Part shown: positions 11,401 to 23,800 of the stretch, one piece after another
How positions within the stretch are numbered: the first letter of the stretch is position 1
Layout: the number at the start of each line of letters is the position of its first letter
NCBI GenBank assembly: GCA_024704765.1
Contig: JAKMXF010000035.1
Span: forward strand, 3,166 to 67,165
Direction: 5' to 3'
From: Oopsacas minuta
Taxonomy: Eukaryota; Animalia; Porifera
DNA length: 64,000 nucleotides
The notes under the pieces: generated by a model
Seen by the model: only the letters and a program-made list of their open reading frames with translations
Told to the model about the DNA's origin: nothing
The model's database searches: none
Made by a program: the position numbers and the translations under genes

Positions 11401-12997
11401 CTCAGTCCAGTTTCCGTCTCTTATATATTATTCATTCCTAAACTCTAATTAATACATTCTGAATTCAAATAGATTATTTATCGATATTTGGGGATACATT
11501 CATTGAACACTAATGGACTGATCTCGTGCAGATAACACGCGCATCGTCTCTCAATCGTGAAACTACCTCGTAAACACAGAAAGTTTTATCTTTACTGACA
11601 AATACATCATCGGAAGTATTAACTGCCCTGGTCTTCCCGAAACGGAACTGTGAGTATATTATTGAGCGTTTGTCCCTGGAATTGGATGAAGTATTCGGAA
11701 GCTCGGAAATCTTGCTTGAAGGCAGCATACAAAATCACGTTAGACAAACCCTTATAAATAATAAAATCAATAGTAAATTGAATTTGAACATTCCTGTAAA
11801 GTTGAGTAGATCTGGAATCTTAATGTGGACATAAGGGGTTCAATTAATATGAGTCATTCTTGAATTTTCTTTTATAAAATATAGCAAATTTTACTAAACA
11901 AAGAAAATATTTGTATTACATTTAACATCTCGAATGCCCGTTAACTCAAACATTCTTTATTTCGAACAGAATTTGACTTCCTCTGAGGGTTGGAGATAAC
12001 GGATCTTGACTGTATATGTGTACAAGAAGAGAAATTCTATTTATTATCGCAAATGAAAGATTCTACTGGTGTGCAGTACGCCGAATTAAAGGGAGCTGTA
12101 ACTTTAGACTGATTTCTAAGTATTTACACAGAAAAACTGTACACACATGTCTCTGTACACAAGTGTAGCACTTTCCTTGCACACAAATGTCCCTGTACAT
12201 AAGGGTCGTACTTCTTGTCGGCACAGACGGTGATTCGAGATTTTCAATTTATGTATTAGGTCAATAAATTAAAGTGGTGGTCCCAGGGGAGGAGGAAAAC
12301 GGGCCATTTGCTCTGGTCCGTCTCCAGGGCTGTCAAATCTTCGGACCAGCACTGTCTATTATATAACATGATTTAGCCTCGGCCTAACCCGGTATGCAGA
12401 ATCTTGGGACCCCAGCGTGAGGTTTTACCCTCTGTATGTTCGTTGTCAAGAATTTTATCGAAGACTTACAGATAAATCCGAAACACATACATTATACGTG
12501 AGTGTAATAAAGGATAAAATATAAGAAAAGAAACGAAATGAAAAGTATACGAAACTACTTAGTAGACTAAAAACTAGGATATTAGTTCAAAAATCCTACT
12601 AAAAACAACAAATAATCAGTATTGTTAATAATAACCTTCTGCTACTTGAGTGAGGCATTAGAACACTGTTTCATTGAACTCTTCTTTGTAGCACACATTC
12701 ACGTTTGAGGTTACATCTGTTGCATCCACATGCTCTTCTATTTCAAACTCTTCACCTTGCTTTGCACATGCCTTCGGACTATAGGGTAGATAGAAATAGA
12801 AATATGAGATATTACACTAGTTCAAGGATGTTATACCATAATTTGTCCAAATTGTAATGAGATAAAATGTATTTTGAGTTACAGTCGACAACCGTTAATT
12901 CGAACACATTTTGTAATGCAATATGGTACATACAACTTCGAGATTTAGAATCAACTCTGAGAAAAGGTGACAAAATGTTCTATAACTACATTTGAAT

Positions 12998-13600
12998 AAT
13001 ACTAGCTTTTCGCTTGCTAGGTCGCTGCGGGACAACTTAGTGCTTCATGCTAACTTGAGCATTAAACAGATAATTTCTTAGTGCTTTTGGTCGCTATGCG
13101 ACAGGATATATCCTCGACACTCATGCCTCGAGGTTTATTATTCCGGAAATTATAAATTTTAATTATCCATAGTCCATCCTAATTCCATTTAATGGCCTTC
13201 TGTGGTAACACCGGAGTTGCCAAATAGCTTAGGTTTGTAATATGGGCACTTCGTGTCTCGAGTAATATGAAATTCTCAAAAATATCGAAATTTGGAGAAT
13301 TTTGATTTTTTGTACAGTCATGATGACTAATAATGCCATGATAAGTCAGTATTTAGCCAAATCATGACGTCAGGACATTTGTCACATTGAGGGTTATCTG
13401 TGATTAAATTTACAACCTCTATCATTCATATTGGCTGAGCAGTGGTTAATAAGTGATTTACGAAATTCCGAAAAGGTGACAATGACGTCATAATTCGTCA
13501 TAAGTGTGAATTTTCTTCGGAGCCAGACCCAAAAGACTCCTGTATGTCAAATTTCAGCTTTGTGGCTCTCACAGTTCTTCAATAATATTCGAGCATATCG
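12998..13600 (+). repeat. Interspersed repeat family B
   Basis: Homologous inverted copy at ~32925-33460 and a deleted copy at ~46350-46520 (ttcgcttgctaggt..., catgacgtcagga.atttgtcacattgagg). Confidence 0.8.
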
Positions 13601-13666
13601 ACATAAATACCTTAATAGGAAATGTACACCTAGGAACCTATATATTTAGGGCATTTTAAACTTATT

Positions 13667-14805
13667 ATGTCAGTCTAGCACTTCGAACAAGTGGAACAGC
13701 TAATAAAATCCACATTTGAGAAGATTGTTAGAGTAGCTAATGAGAAAAGAGATCTGTGTTGCTTGTCCAGCTGTTTGACTTGAAGCAAGACTTTCTTAAG
13801 ACCGAACAGGACAGGACAGACAGGATCTGGATCAGCTGATCAGACAAGAAACGGAAACCAGTAATCGAATTCAACAAAATACTATCTTGAGAGTCAAAGA
13901 GGATTATATAAATAATCTAAAAAAATGAAGAAGAAATGTGCCAACCAAACACCCAATCAATTCCCTTACTTCAACACTAAAGGTCTAGAATCTCTCCTCA
14001 AACAGCTGGAGATGTTGGGATATTTTCAAGATACCGCTTTACTATACAGAAACAAGATTGAGCCGGTCAGAAGCATTGGGAAACATGGCAGTAAGAAAGG
14101 AGAGTTATATTTCCCTACTGGAATAGCTCTAGATGGAGAGAAGATCTACATAGCAGATGCAAACAGTAGAAGAATACAGATCTTCTCTACAGAAGGTAAG
14201 TTCATTCATGAATTTGGTAAAGGGCAGCTGGATACTCCATGCGGTATAGCATTATATAAGGAATGGGTGTTTATTAGTGATAGGGGACTTAATGCTGTAG
14301 TTAAATTCTCAAAAACAAATTCCCAATTAATTAAGAGTTTAAGGAAGGTGTTAGTTACCCCTGTGGTCTAACAACTGACACGAATGGAGAAGTGTTAGTT
14401 GCAAATTGTGATAATAATAGAATTGTAGTATTCAGCTCTGATTTAGAGTATATTAAAGAAATAGGAAAAGACAAACTCAGAAGGCCGAGTGACGTCAAAA
14501 TACATAATAATAAGATATTTGTAGCAGACAAAAATATGATTAATAATATACACATATTCTCTAAATCAGGTGATTTATTGAAAAGTTTCATAAAATTAGA
14601 AAATATACTAATAGGTATTTATATGTGTTTTGATTTGTATAATAATATTATAATTAGCGATTTTTGGGGGAATTCAATTCAGATATTTACTAAAGATGGA
14701 CAGCTGATACACAAAATAAAATGTAATAATCCTACAGGAATAGTTGTTAATAATAACTTTGATATTATTTGTGCTAGCTATAGTAGTGTAATAAATATAT
14801 ATTAA
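13667..14805 (+). pseudogene. Coiled-coil + NHL gene nested antisense in intron 20 of the giant gene
   Basis: ATG 13667 followed by TAG at codon 4; frameshifts at ~13760, ~13815 and ~14340; NHL blades in ORFs 13925-14371 (GELYFPTGIALDGEKIYIADANSRRIQIF) and 14392-14805. Confidence 0.85.
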
Positions 14806-15089
14806 TTGCATTGTTGTTGTGTAATTATTTGTTCATAATAATTCTAATCTTTCACACGCGCTGCGACTTGTGAAGAATTTGTGATCGCATGGAACTCGGC
14901 ACTTCGTGCCTCGAATTTAGCAATGTTTAATTAATAAATTATTCTTCAACTGCTTGATTACTTTAGATTCATAAAACAACAAGAAAATTACATATGAGAA
15001 ACTTAAATGCGAAATTCGGATCAGCGTACCTACCTTATTGTAGCCGCTAAGAGCAAGTCTCTACGTACATTTTGAGATTTCAACTATTT

Positions 15090-15545
15090 AAAATATACAC
15101 ATTAGAAAATTTCCAGAGCATTAAGCGCTCCTTGCTGAGAAAACGAGCGCACTCCGGCTCGAGCTCCAGGAAAATGGAGCAGACTCCTTTTTCATTCTTT
15201 TCAGATTTACTTTGGATTTGTATTTCTTGTATTCAGGATTGAATTTAACTATTCTACATTCGTGAAATTACTAAATTGTGAATTATAAAAAGTGTCCCAG
15301 CATCCACTGTTTATAGCAAGAATACTGAATTTATGCAGAATAACTATGAAATTTGTAAATTGATTGCAATTAAATAGGAGCGCGCACCAGGAGCGCCGCT
15401 CTTTGGAGCACGCTCCTTTAATGTTCTGAAAATTTCTAACGTCAGGTGCACGTCTAGGTCACTACGAGTATACATACCAAATTTGGCGTTTTAATCTCCA
15501 AAGGTGTGAACAGGAGAGCGAACTCATACACATATATACAGTCAA
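15090..15545 (+). repeat. Interspersed repeat family C (5 copies)
   Basis: Core gtcaggtgcac.actagatgtcactacgagta..cat.ccaaatttggtgtcttaatctc.aaaggtgtgaacag recurs at ~20830-20960, ~31875-31950, ~45545-45680 and inverted at ~61520-61615. Confidence 0.85.
15114..15428. mobile_element. hAT-type MITE inserted into a family C repeat
   Basis: Ends CAGAGCATTAA / TTAATGTTCTG; 8-bp TSD AAAATTTC (15106-15113, 15429-15436); subterminal GGAGC repeats. Confidence 0.85.
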
Positions 15546-18500
15546 CAACTGGTAACTGGAGCTCTCAGGGGAAATCAAAATCTGTTCGAATTAATGGATG
15601 TTGGCCGTATATAAATATACACAGTTCAACCTCTATAAGCTGGAAGTCTTGGGGCTGTTCATATGTTACGTAGCACTTTAGGAGTAGTAATGCATTGCAC
15701 AGTTAAAATAACCTCAAGTGGGGAGTTTTGCAATAAAGTTCATTGAAATATCAATTTTCGGGTAATATTGGAAAATAATCAAATAAACATTCCTGATCAT
15801 TGAAATATTTTCATTTGTAGGAATTATTTATTCTCCAAATCAGAGTCATTTCTTTATTCAAAGATCATTAAAGAAACACTCATTGGAGGAAGTGGCTATA
15901 CAGATTGATTCTAAAAGCCTGGTTAAAAGCAAGGTTGAACCGATCGAACCGAATATCAGTATTCATGAATAGTTGCTTGACCGAATACTGATATTCGCTT
16001 GGTGACCAAATATTGAACTGTTCGGTTGTAACCTTGGTGAATAGGCATTTACCGTTGAAAGTATAAATGGCGATAAGCCGTATCAGAATTTTCGCCGCAC
16101 AGACCTCCTCCACTTATAGAGGTTCTATTATATTAGAAACTAAGTCAACCATTTTAATACTGATCCACTATACATTGATATAGTCGACAGTCAGCACAGT
16201 AAAAAGCAAATTTGTAGAGTATCCTTATAATTAACTTACTTTACGATAAGATGTACTTTCATCTGCTTCTTCTTAAGATATATCCCAACAACCAAAGCAA
16301 CAGCAGCTATAATAAGAATAACTATCAATATTGATATCACTATAGCAGCTATTGCTCCTCCACTGATAGAGTTGTACCGAAAGCATGGCCATTCTGGCTG
16401 ACAAATACACTGAAACCTTCCATCATCAGTAACGTTACATGTTGTATTGAAGGGACAGGGCTGTGCGTAACAAGGATTAGCAGTATTACATCTCCTTGAC
16501 ATCCAAGCTGGAGTACAGTTACAGCTGTAAGCTTCTGTGAAGTCATCTGGAGTGAGTAATGTATTGCATTCTGGATCTACAGCTGGCCCCTATTGATGAG
16601 ATTGTATATAGTATGGAAGTGGAAGCTCACTCCTAATTATAAAATCGCCAATATTAATACACTTACTATACAAGTTGCATTGTTGAGACAAGGTTTGTAT
16701 CTAATATACAGAGAGAATATATGAGCTAGTGAGTAAGCTCCTGATATATCCTCTGCTACAACTCCCATTCTATCAGGTCCATAGTAATCTGAATAAGCTG
16801 TGTAGTATAGAGATACGGTGCTGCTCGAAGGTACGTATTCAGAGGGAATATTAGGGTTATCTGACGGATTAATCTCACTCACTATTAGCTCACAATATGT
16901 GCAGTTCAAGTAACTAGAGAGAAACAACACAAGTAATGTATACAACATACAGTAGACTCCGCTAATAGGGTCACATCAGCACCAGGCCATTTTGTTCCGT
17001 GTAAGCGCATATGCAGATGTTCCTTTGATTTAAGTAAGGCATATATTGAGTATCTATCACATTCAATGAGAATAATATAGCTAATGGTATTTACCTGAAT
17101 CTAACTAGATCATCTTCATCAATATCATAGCTGTCTACGGTGATATCAATACTAGCAATAGAATCATTCTCCTCTCTGTATAGAGTTATTATATCCTCAA
17201 ATGTATTATTCAGTAATATTATAGGAGGATTATTTACTGCTAGAATCTCTACAGTTATTTCATTGCTCGCACTCAGTGGAGAACCGAGTAATGCTGGTGT
17301 ACCTGGAGAAGAAATACGGTAATTCGAGTTATACCGAGTGCTCTAGACCTGGCGGCCTTCGTTGTAAGTGGAGTAAATCAATTACTTTCAAGTTTTAGGG
17401 GTAATGAATTACTTCGTCATAACCAGAGTTTCGTTATATTCAACTTGGTTATAATGAGAGTTTACTGTACTTCGAATAGTAAGTAGAAATGTTTCGGTAC
17501 TTGGGTGGAGTAAGAACAACTCTTTACTTAATCGATCATAATTTCTAAATGTGCTCAATCCTGGGATTGAAAGCACTAATTGGATTAGCGAGTCGTATTT
17601 TGAATGTATTTTTCTTGCTAATACGGGAATTTCTATTAGAGGAAGTATTTGAATACAAAATGGACTCTTAAATCATGAAAAACCTTTCAATAATCAACCA
17701 CCAATAATGACATTTCATTAATATAGAGTTGTCAACTTTCGTAAATATCTACCGTGAGATTTGTCATAATATTAGTTGAATTTTGCTAGTTTTTGAAATG
17801 CTATTGACCCACCAAATTGGCGCAATAATTTTCATTTCGTTAAGAATCACTTCAATTCCCCGCCTTAAATTGAAAGTGAAAATGAAAGTGAGATTGTGTT
17901 CAGATAGGTGAGTCTCATTTTGAATCTGTGAGACTAGACACCTATACATTAAGATACTAGATTCATACCAGTCTCAGTTATGTCATACTGTATTGTTGCA
18001 TTTCCAAAGCATCCAGTACAAGGAGTTACAGACAATACACCGTTAACAATAGCAACATCCAATGTAGATGGTACATCAACAAGATTTTGAGAATTAGCTT
18101 GTGTGAATACTACAGAGGTAAGGTCGTATGCTACAGGATCATTCTGTGCGTCTGTGTAGGATAGGACGTGTTCAATGGTACCAGAGTCCCCGCTAATACT
18201 GATACAGGGGACTGTATCTGGTACTGGAGAAGTGTCCACGAATTCTGAGTCTGCTAGGATTAAAATGAACTGCCAGGGCTTGTTACACCGCTAAATAAAG
18301 ACAAATATCATAAGATATAATTACAAGAATATAGTATACATATACTGGCTAAAATGAGTGAAGAAAAAGCGGGACGGAAGATAATAATTATAATTTAGCG
18401 GGAAATCGCGGGCAAGAGCATATTAACATTAAACTGATCTAGAAAAAAGCGGGACTATTAAGGTTTATGGCAGGTTTTGGCGGAGCATACGCCTCAACTG

Positions 18501-18802
18501 ACACCTGAAGGGCGGGACCTCGGATAACACTCCACAGGATACGCTGAATGGTACAGAGGGTTCAAGTGTGAAAGAGTTTTTGGAACCTCTTCATTAGCTA
18601 ATTTGGATTTCCATTCCATCTTTTTCTCCAAGCTATTTGGTTGCAATAATAATGAATAATAAACTCCTACCGAATAATAACGACACACAATTATATTTGT
18701 ATTTGTTAATAATTACAAGAATAATTAATCCCAATACAATTCCCCGAATATTTGAAGAACTGTAAATTAACTACTAATTTTGCATAGGTAATTTCTTGGG
18801 AA

Positions 18803-18902
18803 ACATACATACATACATACATACATACATACATACATACATACATACATACATACATACATACATACATACATACATACATACATACATACATACATAC
18901 AT
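18803..18902 (+). repeat. (ACAT)25 microsatellite
   Basis: Read directly. Confidence 0.97.
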
Positions 18903-19193
18903 GGGTAGGATATGTTCGTCTTTTTGGTTGGATAAATCAATTACAAGAACTACTAATAATATTTACTATTCTGTAATACGAATACTGACTTAATCAGTAA
19001 TTTCATATTTAATGAATTCTACAAATTTGCAATGTAACACTAAGTGGAATTTGAGAATTAATATGATTACAAAGAAATATTGAGTAAGGTTTTCTGTCTT
19101 ACAATATGCAATATACACACAGAAGTTATAAAAGAAAGTGAAATACTAACAAAACATTCAAAAAATGCTCTCCAATATTATCTACGAATTACT

Positions 19194-20282
19194 ATGATAT
19201 CAGCTTTAACAGTATGTATCTTAATACTTGCTTGGTTGGTATACTTCATCATTTTATGCTATAGACATTATAAATACTATCTGATATGCAAACAAACTCC
19301 TAATCTACATCCTATATACTCGGATGTACAGGCTCTCTCCCAACAACGGAAACTATACAATCTTAAAACGCATATCACAAAATATGTGCTGAGTATAGTT
19401 TGCAGTTTTGTAGAAATTTTCAATTTCATTTGGCTATTCATTTGGAAATTCTTAAAAACAGAAATTCCTAAATCAAACAATTCTACGTACGCAATAAGTT
19501 TCGAGACTTCTTTTCCAAATTGTACTCTTACACATTTACATGTAGACATCTATTTTAATTATATATATATGGCAGATATAAATATTATTTGTTTACTGCT
19601 AACATTCTTTCTACTCTCAATCATTTCTCGTTATTTGGTTGTCAGATATCTGAACCATCCTCTTAAAAGAATTCTTACCAAATACACTATTTGGCTGGTT
19701 GTACAGCTAACTTGTGTAATAATCTGTTCTAGTATATATACGCTAATCATTGGATATTTACTATTTCCGGTTCTTATTGTCATAAGTTGGATCATATTCA
19801 TCAGAGATAGTTTTATTCTCTCTCGCGTGATTAGATCAAAAATCACAGAAATCAAGTTATTCAGCGATAATTCACATTTTTACAGAGATCAGTTAGCAAC
19901 CTATAAGTTCTATATGATGTTTAGAATCCTGTTATTCGTGTCAACATTTTTCTTATCAATCTCTATCTACATTCAATACTTATCACTCAAATTACTAGAC
20001 GTGGTAACTCATCGATTCTGCTTCCTATCACTAGCATACAATATCGATGTACCTAACTATCTATACTTCCATATCCGGGCACAGAACTGGGTTACTATCA
20101 CTCTTCAAACTTTATGTTCGGTAACTTCATTAATATACGTGCTGAGCTTAGCAGTACCATTATGTATCGTAACTATTGCTCCGATAGTACATCAGTGTAT
20201 AAAGAGATGGAGAGATAACGGTTATGATTATGTGTATAATTATGAGAAGCTCAATATAGTTAATGGATACAGGAGATGGTAA
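19194..20282 (+). CDS. Intronless orphan 7TM (GPCR-like) protein, ~362 aa, nested antisense in intron 16 of the giant gene
   Basis: Open frame 19080-20282 with first ATG at 19194 and seven hydrophobic segments by eye. No rhodopsin DRY/NPxxY motifs. Confidence 0.75.
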   Translation: MISALTVCILILAWLVYFIILCYRHYKYYLICKQTPNLHPIYSDVQALSQQRKLYNLKTHITKYVLSIVCSFVEIFNFIWLFIWKFLKTEIPKSNNSTYAISFETSFPNCTLTHLHVDIYFNYIYMADINIICLLLTFFLLSIISRYLVVRYLNHPLKRILTKYTIWLVVQLTCVIICSSIYTLIIGYLLFPVLIVISWIIFIRDSFILSRVIRSKITEIKLFSDNSHFYRDQLATYKFYMMFRILLFVSTFFLSISIYIQYLSLKLLDVVTHRFCFLSLAYNIDVPNYLYFHIRAQNWVTITLQTLCSVTSLIYVLSLAVPLCIVTIAPIVHQCIKRWRDNGYDYVYNYEKLNIVNGYRRW

Positions 20283-21012
20283 ATAATAGTAATAATTATG
20301 CCAGAGTATAGCGTGTGTTTATTCGTATGTATTATTTGGTGATATTAACTGCAAGGAATAATTTGCTTTAATTCCGCTTTAATATTAATTCAGGGCAGGA
20401 TTCGGTTAATCGGTAACCTCTGCTACACCCAGTTAACTGCTATGAGAAAATATGATCGATTGTTCCCGGGGTCTTAAGATGTACAAAATAATGTATAAAC
20501 GCTTCTTATAGCAAGAGAGCTATGCAATCAGTAAATCTTTGGTCCATAATCTCAAATATAAATACTTCTGTAAGATACCTTCGATAGTGGATAGGTATTT
20601 TCAATTTTGTCAAAAAACATCATTTATGTTATAGACAACTAATCTCAGCGGTTAACCGGATGATCGCACCAACCCCAGTCCTGATGATTAATTACAGTGG
20701 ATGCCGGGTATAAGAACATCGTCGGGAATTGCATAAAATGTTCATCGAATTCTACGTCCCTGAGTACCCTATTTAACAAGTGAAAGCTAATCTCTTGGAT
20801 AATTTTGAATGTTCACCAAAAATGTGTGAAAATATACACATTAGAAATTTTTCAAATGTCAGGTGCACAACTAGATGTCACTACGAGTACACATGCCAAA
20901 TTTGGTGTCTTAATCTCTAAAGGTATGAACAGCTGAGTGAAACATATATACATATGCTAAGTCAAGCATTGTATAACTGAGCCACTAAACTAATGTAATA
21001 GTATTAGTTGGG

Positions 21013-21190
21013 ACAGTAAAAATGAACCTGGTTAATACGAACTTCCAGATAAGACTAACAAATATTTACACAAAAACTCGTACCAGCAATGGTTGTTCAA
21101 TTGGTGTTACCCTGATTAATACGAACTTTCAGATAAGGCGAACACGTTTTGACTGTCCACTGGGATTCGTATTAACGAGGTTCTACTGTA
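21013..21190. mobile_element. Tc1/pogo-like MITE remnant
   Basis: Right end ttcgtattaacgaggttctactg|ta; degenerate left end acagta..gaacctggttaatacgaac. Confidence 0.55.
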
Positions 21191-23099
21191 AGCCGATATA
21201 AACTGTACTTTTGTAATCAGTGTATTTCCAAATAAGTTACCTGTTGATTATCAGTACAAGGACAGAAATAAGTAGTAAGTGTATCATCAGTGATTATATC
21301 CTCTTCAGTGAAATTACAGCTACTTCGAGTATCTATCCATATCTGATTATCAGGATTCCAGGCGATTAGTTCAGGTCGCTGTCCTTCAGCCAAAGAAAAG
21401 AATGATCTATCAACCACAATCCTCAAAGAGGAAGGAAGGTCTGCACCCCCGATAGGGCTCAGAAAGAATGCGGGGCCAAGAAAATCTTTGACACGAGAGT
21501 GCAGGAATCTATCAACCTGTCCTAGAGTACTAGGATTAGCTATATACGGTACATATGGAGAATCCAAGAGGGTACTGATTATGTCATAATTTTCCATCAT
21601 ATCAGAGTATGTCAAATTTCCATAAACGAATCCTGCTTTATCTGTAATATCATCAGAGAAGTAAATATCAACACCAGTAGGGTAAAGTTGTGGTGGAATA
21701 AATCTATTAGTAGATCCTGATAGGTATATAGAGCCTGGAGCAAGAGACAATGAAAACTCGCTATCACCATTATACACAGAGTATTCATCATAACCCTCTC
21801 TATAGAATGTAACTGAGGTTGTACCAGCTGTAACACACTCTGGCTGCAGAGCACATAGTACTAGAGTTTGATACAGTACTCTTCCCGGTTCTACTCGCAT
21901 AATTAAATCTCCCTGTGTGTAAGTGTATTCAGTCCTATTAGCGAGCTGAGCTAGGTCAGTAATATTTGATACATAAAAGGAAGTGTTACCGATAACTGTT
22001 ATGTCTTCTATGCGAATAGAAAAACTATTTAGGTAGTTGATCTCGAAAATTGGTAATATGTCATCTGTCCCAAACTTACTCCCAATCTCCCAGAACAGTG
22101 TCTGGTTGCGTATAACTGGATCTTCCTGATATTCAGCTCCATAAAATCCTGTCCATGAGAGTCCGAGAGAAGTTAAGCTAGCAGAAATAGAAGTATTCGG
22201 CATTTGTGTATCTATTTCTATTGAATTCATTGACTGTATCACTGATCTGGATACATCAGGCTCATTGTTCTGAATACTAACCCCACCGCTCTCTAAGATT
22301 GTAGTCAGACCAGCCCCATTCGTTGCTATGACAACCACATAATATTTTAACTGAGGATTAAGAGAGAGACCTGTAATATTAACCAGAGCATCAGTGCCTA
22401 CAGAGTTGTAGTCTAGAGAGTCTATATCATCTAAGTTATCTGTATAAGCTATCTGGTATCCGTATATATCACTTCCGGTATCTCTACACTCATACTGCAC
22501 TGCTAGTGAAGTAATGCTGTATTGTAAAGTAGTATTGCTTACGAAATCACTTCTGATATCCCTCTCTATATGCTGGATTAGTGTACAGTTTGGAGGTGTT
22601 GGGTCCAAATGGATTCCTCTTGAGTACCCATAAGCTACGTGCCCAGCTGCTGTATACCCTCTCACCGTCATATAGTACACGTATGGCACAAATGTGAGGT
22701 TGTGTAGATATAGTTCATCCTCTGGGATACCAGATTCAGTGTAGTTGTAGGGAATACAAGTAACATTTGTTTGATTTAGCGGGTGAGTACACCCAGATAA
22801 TAGCTCAAGTCCAGTAGCTTCAAAACTGATATAGTATACTGTAGAATTACAAGAAGAATTACAGCTGGCCGGATCTTGACTACATTCTTGGTTACAAGGA
22901 ATGCATGGTAGTTGAATAGGCTGATACTCTTGTCCTGCGGCAAGAGATACATCTGTCAAACCGTATCCACTACCTACTCCTACCTCAAACTTAATAAACG
23001 GAGCTCTTTCACTGTAGAAAGGACTGCCATACTTACAAACTCTGTTACTATCAACTGGTAGAATAATCTCACTGAAGTAGGCAGTGGTTGTAGGAGGAA

Positions 23100-23800
23100 A
23101 GAAAGGGCTAGTGAATGGTTCAACTCTTCCGTTGTAATTACGTACATGCAACACGTACTTTAAGCTAGATCCAAATTGTGGTAGGTCTACTAGACTCCCT
23201 AGGAAATCATTATCTACATTAAGCTTTACAGACCATGTAGCCTCCTTAACAGTTGTGGGAGTAACAGAATCTACCTTCTCAAGGGTAATATGGTATACAT
23301 GGTAATCTGTAGACGGGTCAAAGTCTAATTCTATCCATATATGAGCTGTCTCTTCTATAGTATCACCTCTATACCATATCAGAGCCATAGCTGATGTAGA
23401 GTTAAAAGCAGGGTGTATCTGGAGGCCGAAGGCTTTGTATGGAGGGGGGTTAGGATTGGGGGGTGGTAGGTATTGACATGTAGTAGTAGGTTCTATAGCT
23501 TCAGATATAGTAGAGTTTATTTGTGTGTTATTATCTGAGGGAATAAGTATTTCATAGTCTTGTATCATCATGTCAGGTCCATCCCATACCAACACAGAGG
23601 TTACAGCTCGGTAGCCACCAGCTGCTTTGATACGTACACTCATTTCATTGAAGTTTACAATTTGTACTTCAGTATAAACTGCAGCAGATAGCATACGATC
23701 TTGCTGGATATCTCTAGTCATAGAAATCTCTAGGAAAGCTTCATTACTATTAAACATAGCCTGCTTGTCTGTGTAAGCTAGAGTTATACCTGTGGGGTTA
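23100..23800 (-). other. Degenerate GH16-like (ConA jelly-roll) domain inserted in the repeat array
   Basis: FNEMSVRIKAAGGYRAVTSVLVWDGPDMMIQDYEI and LDFDPSTDYHVYHI resemble GH16 lichenase/XTH motifs YEVRMKPAK..GIVSSFFTYTGP..DEIDIE and FDPTADFHTY; the EIDIE motif is not conserved. Confidence 0.5.

Larger units (their letters stand above)
12658..18290 (-). other. C-terminal module: cadherin-like domain, EGF repeats, TM helix, short acidic tail (exons 17-21)
   Basis: VNNPPII..DSYDIDEDD; PCLNNATCI|GP..YSCNCTPAWMSRRC; PCYAQPCPFNTTCNVTDDGRFQCIC; GAIAAIVISILIVILIIAAVALVVGIYL followed by KKKQ; tail NPKACAKQGEEFEIEEHVDATDVTSNVNVCYKEEFNETVF*. Confidence 0.85.

Noticed and set aside
18706-18993. MYVC/HTYI repeat ORFs
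   Set aside because: Translation of the (ACAT)n microsatellite.
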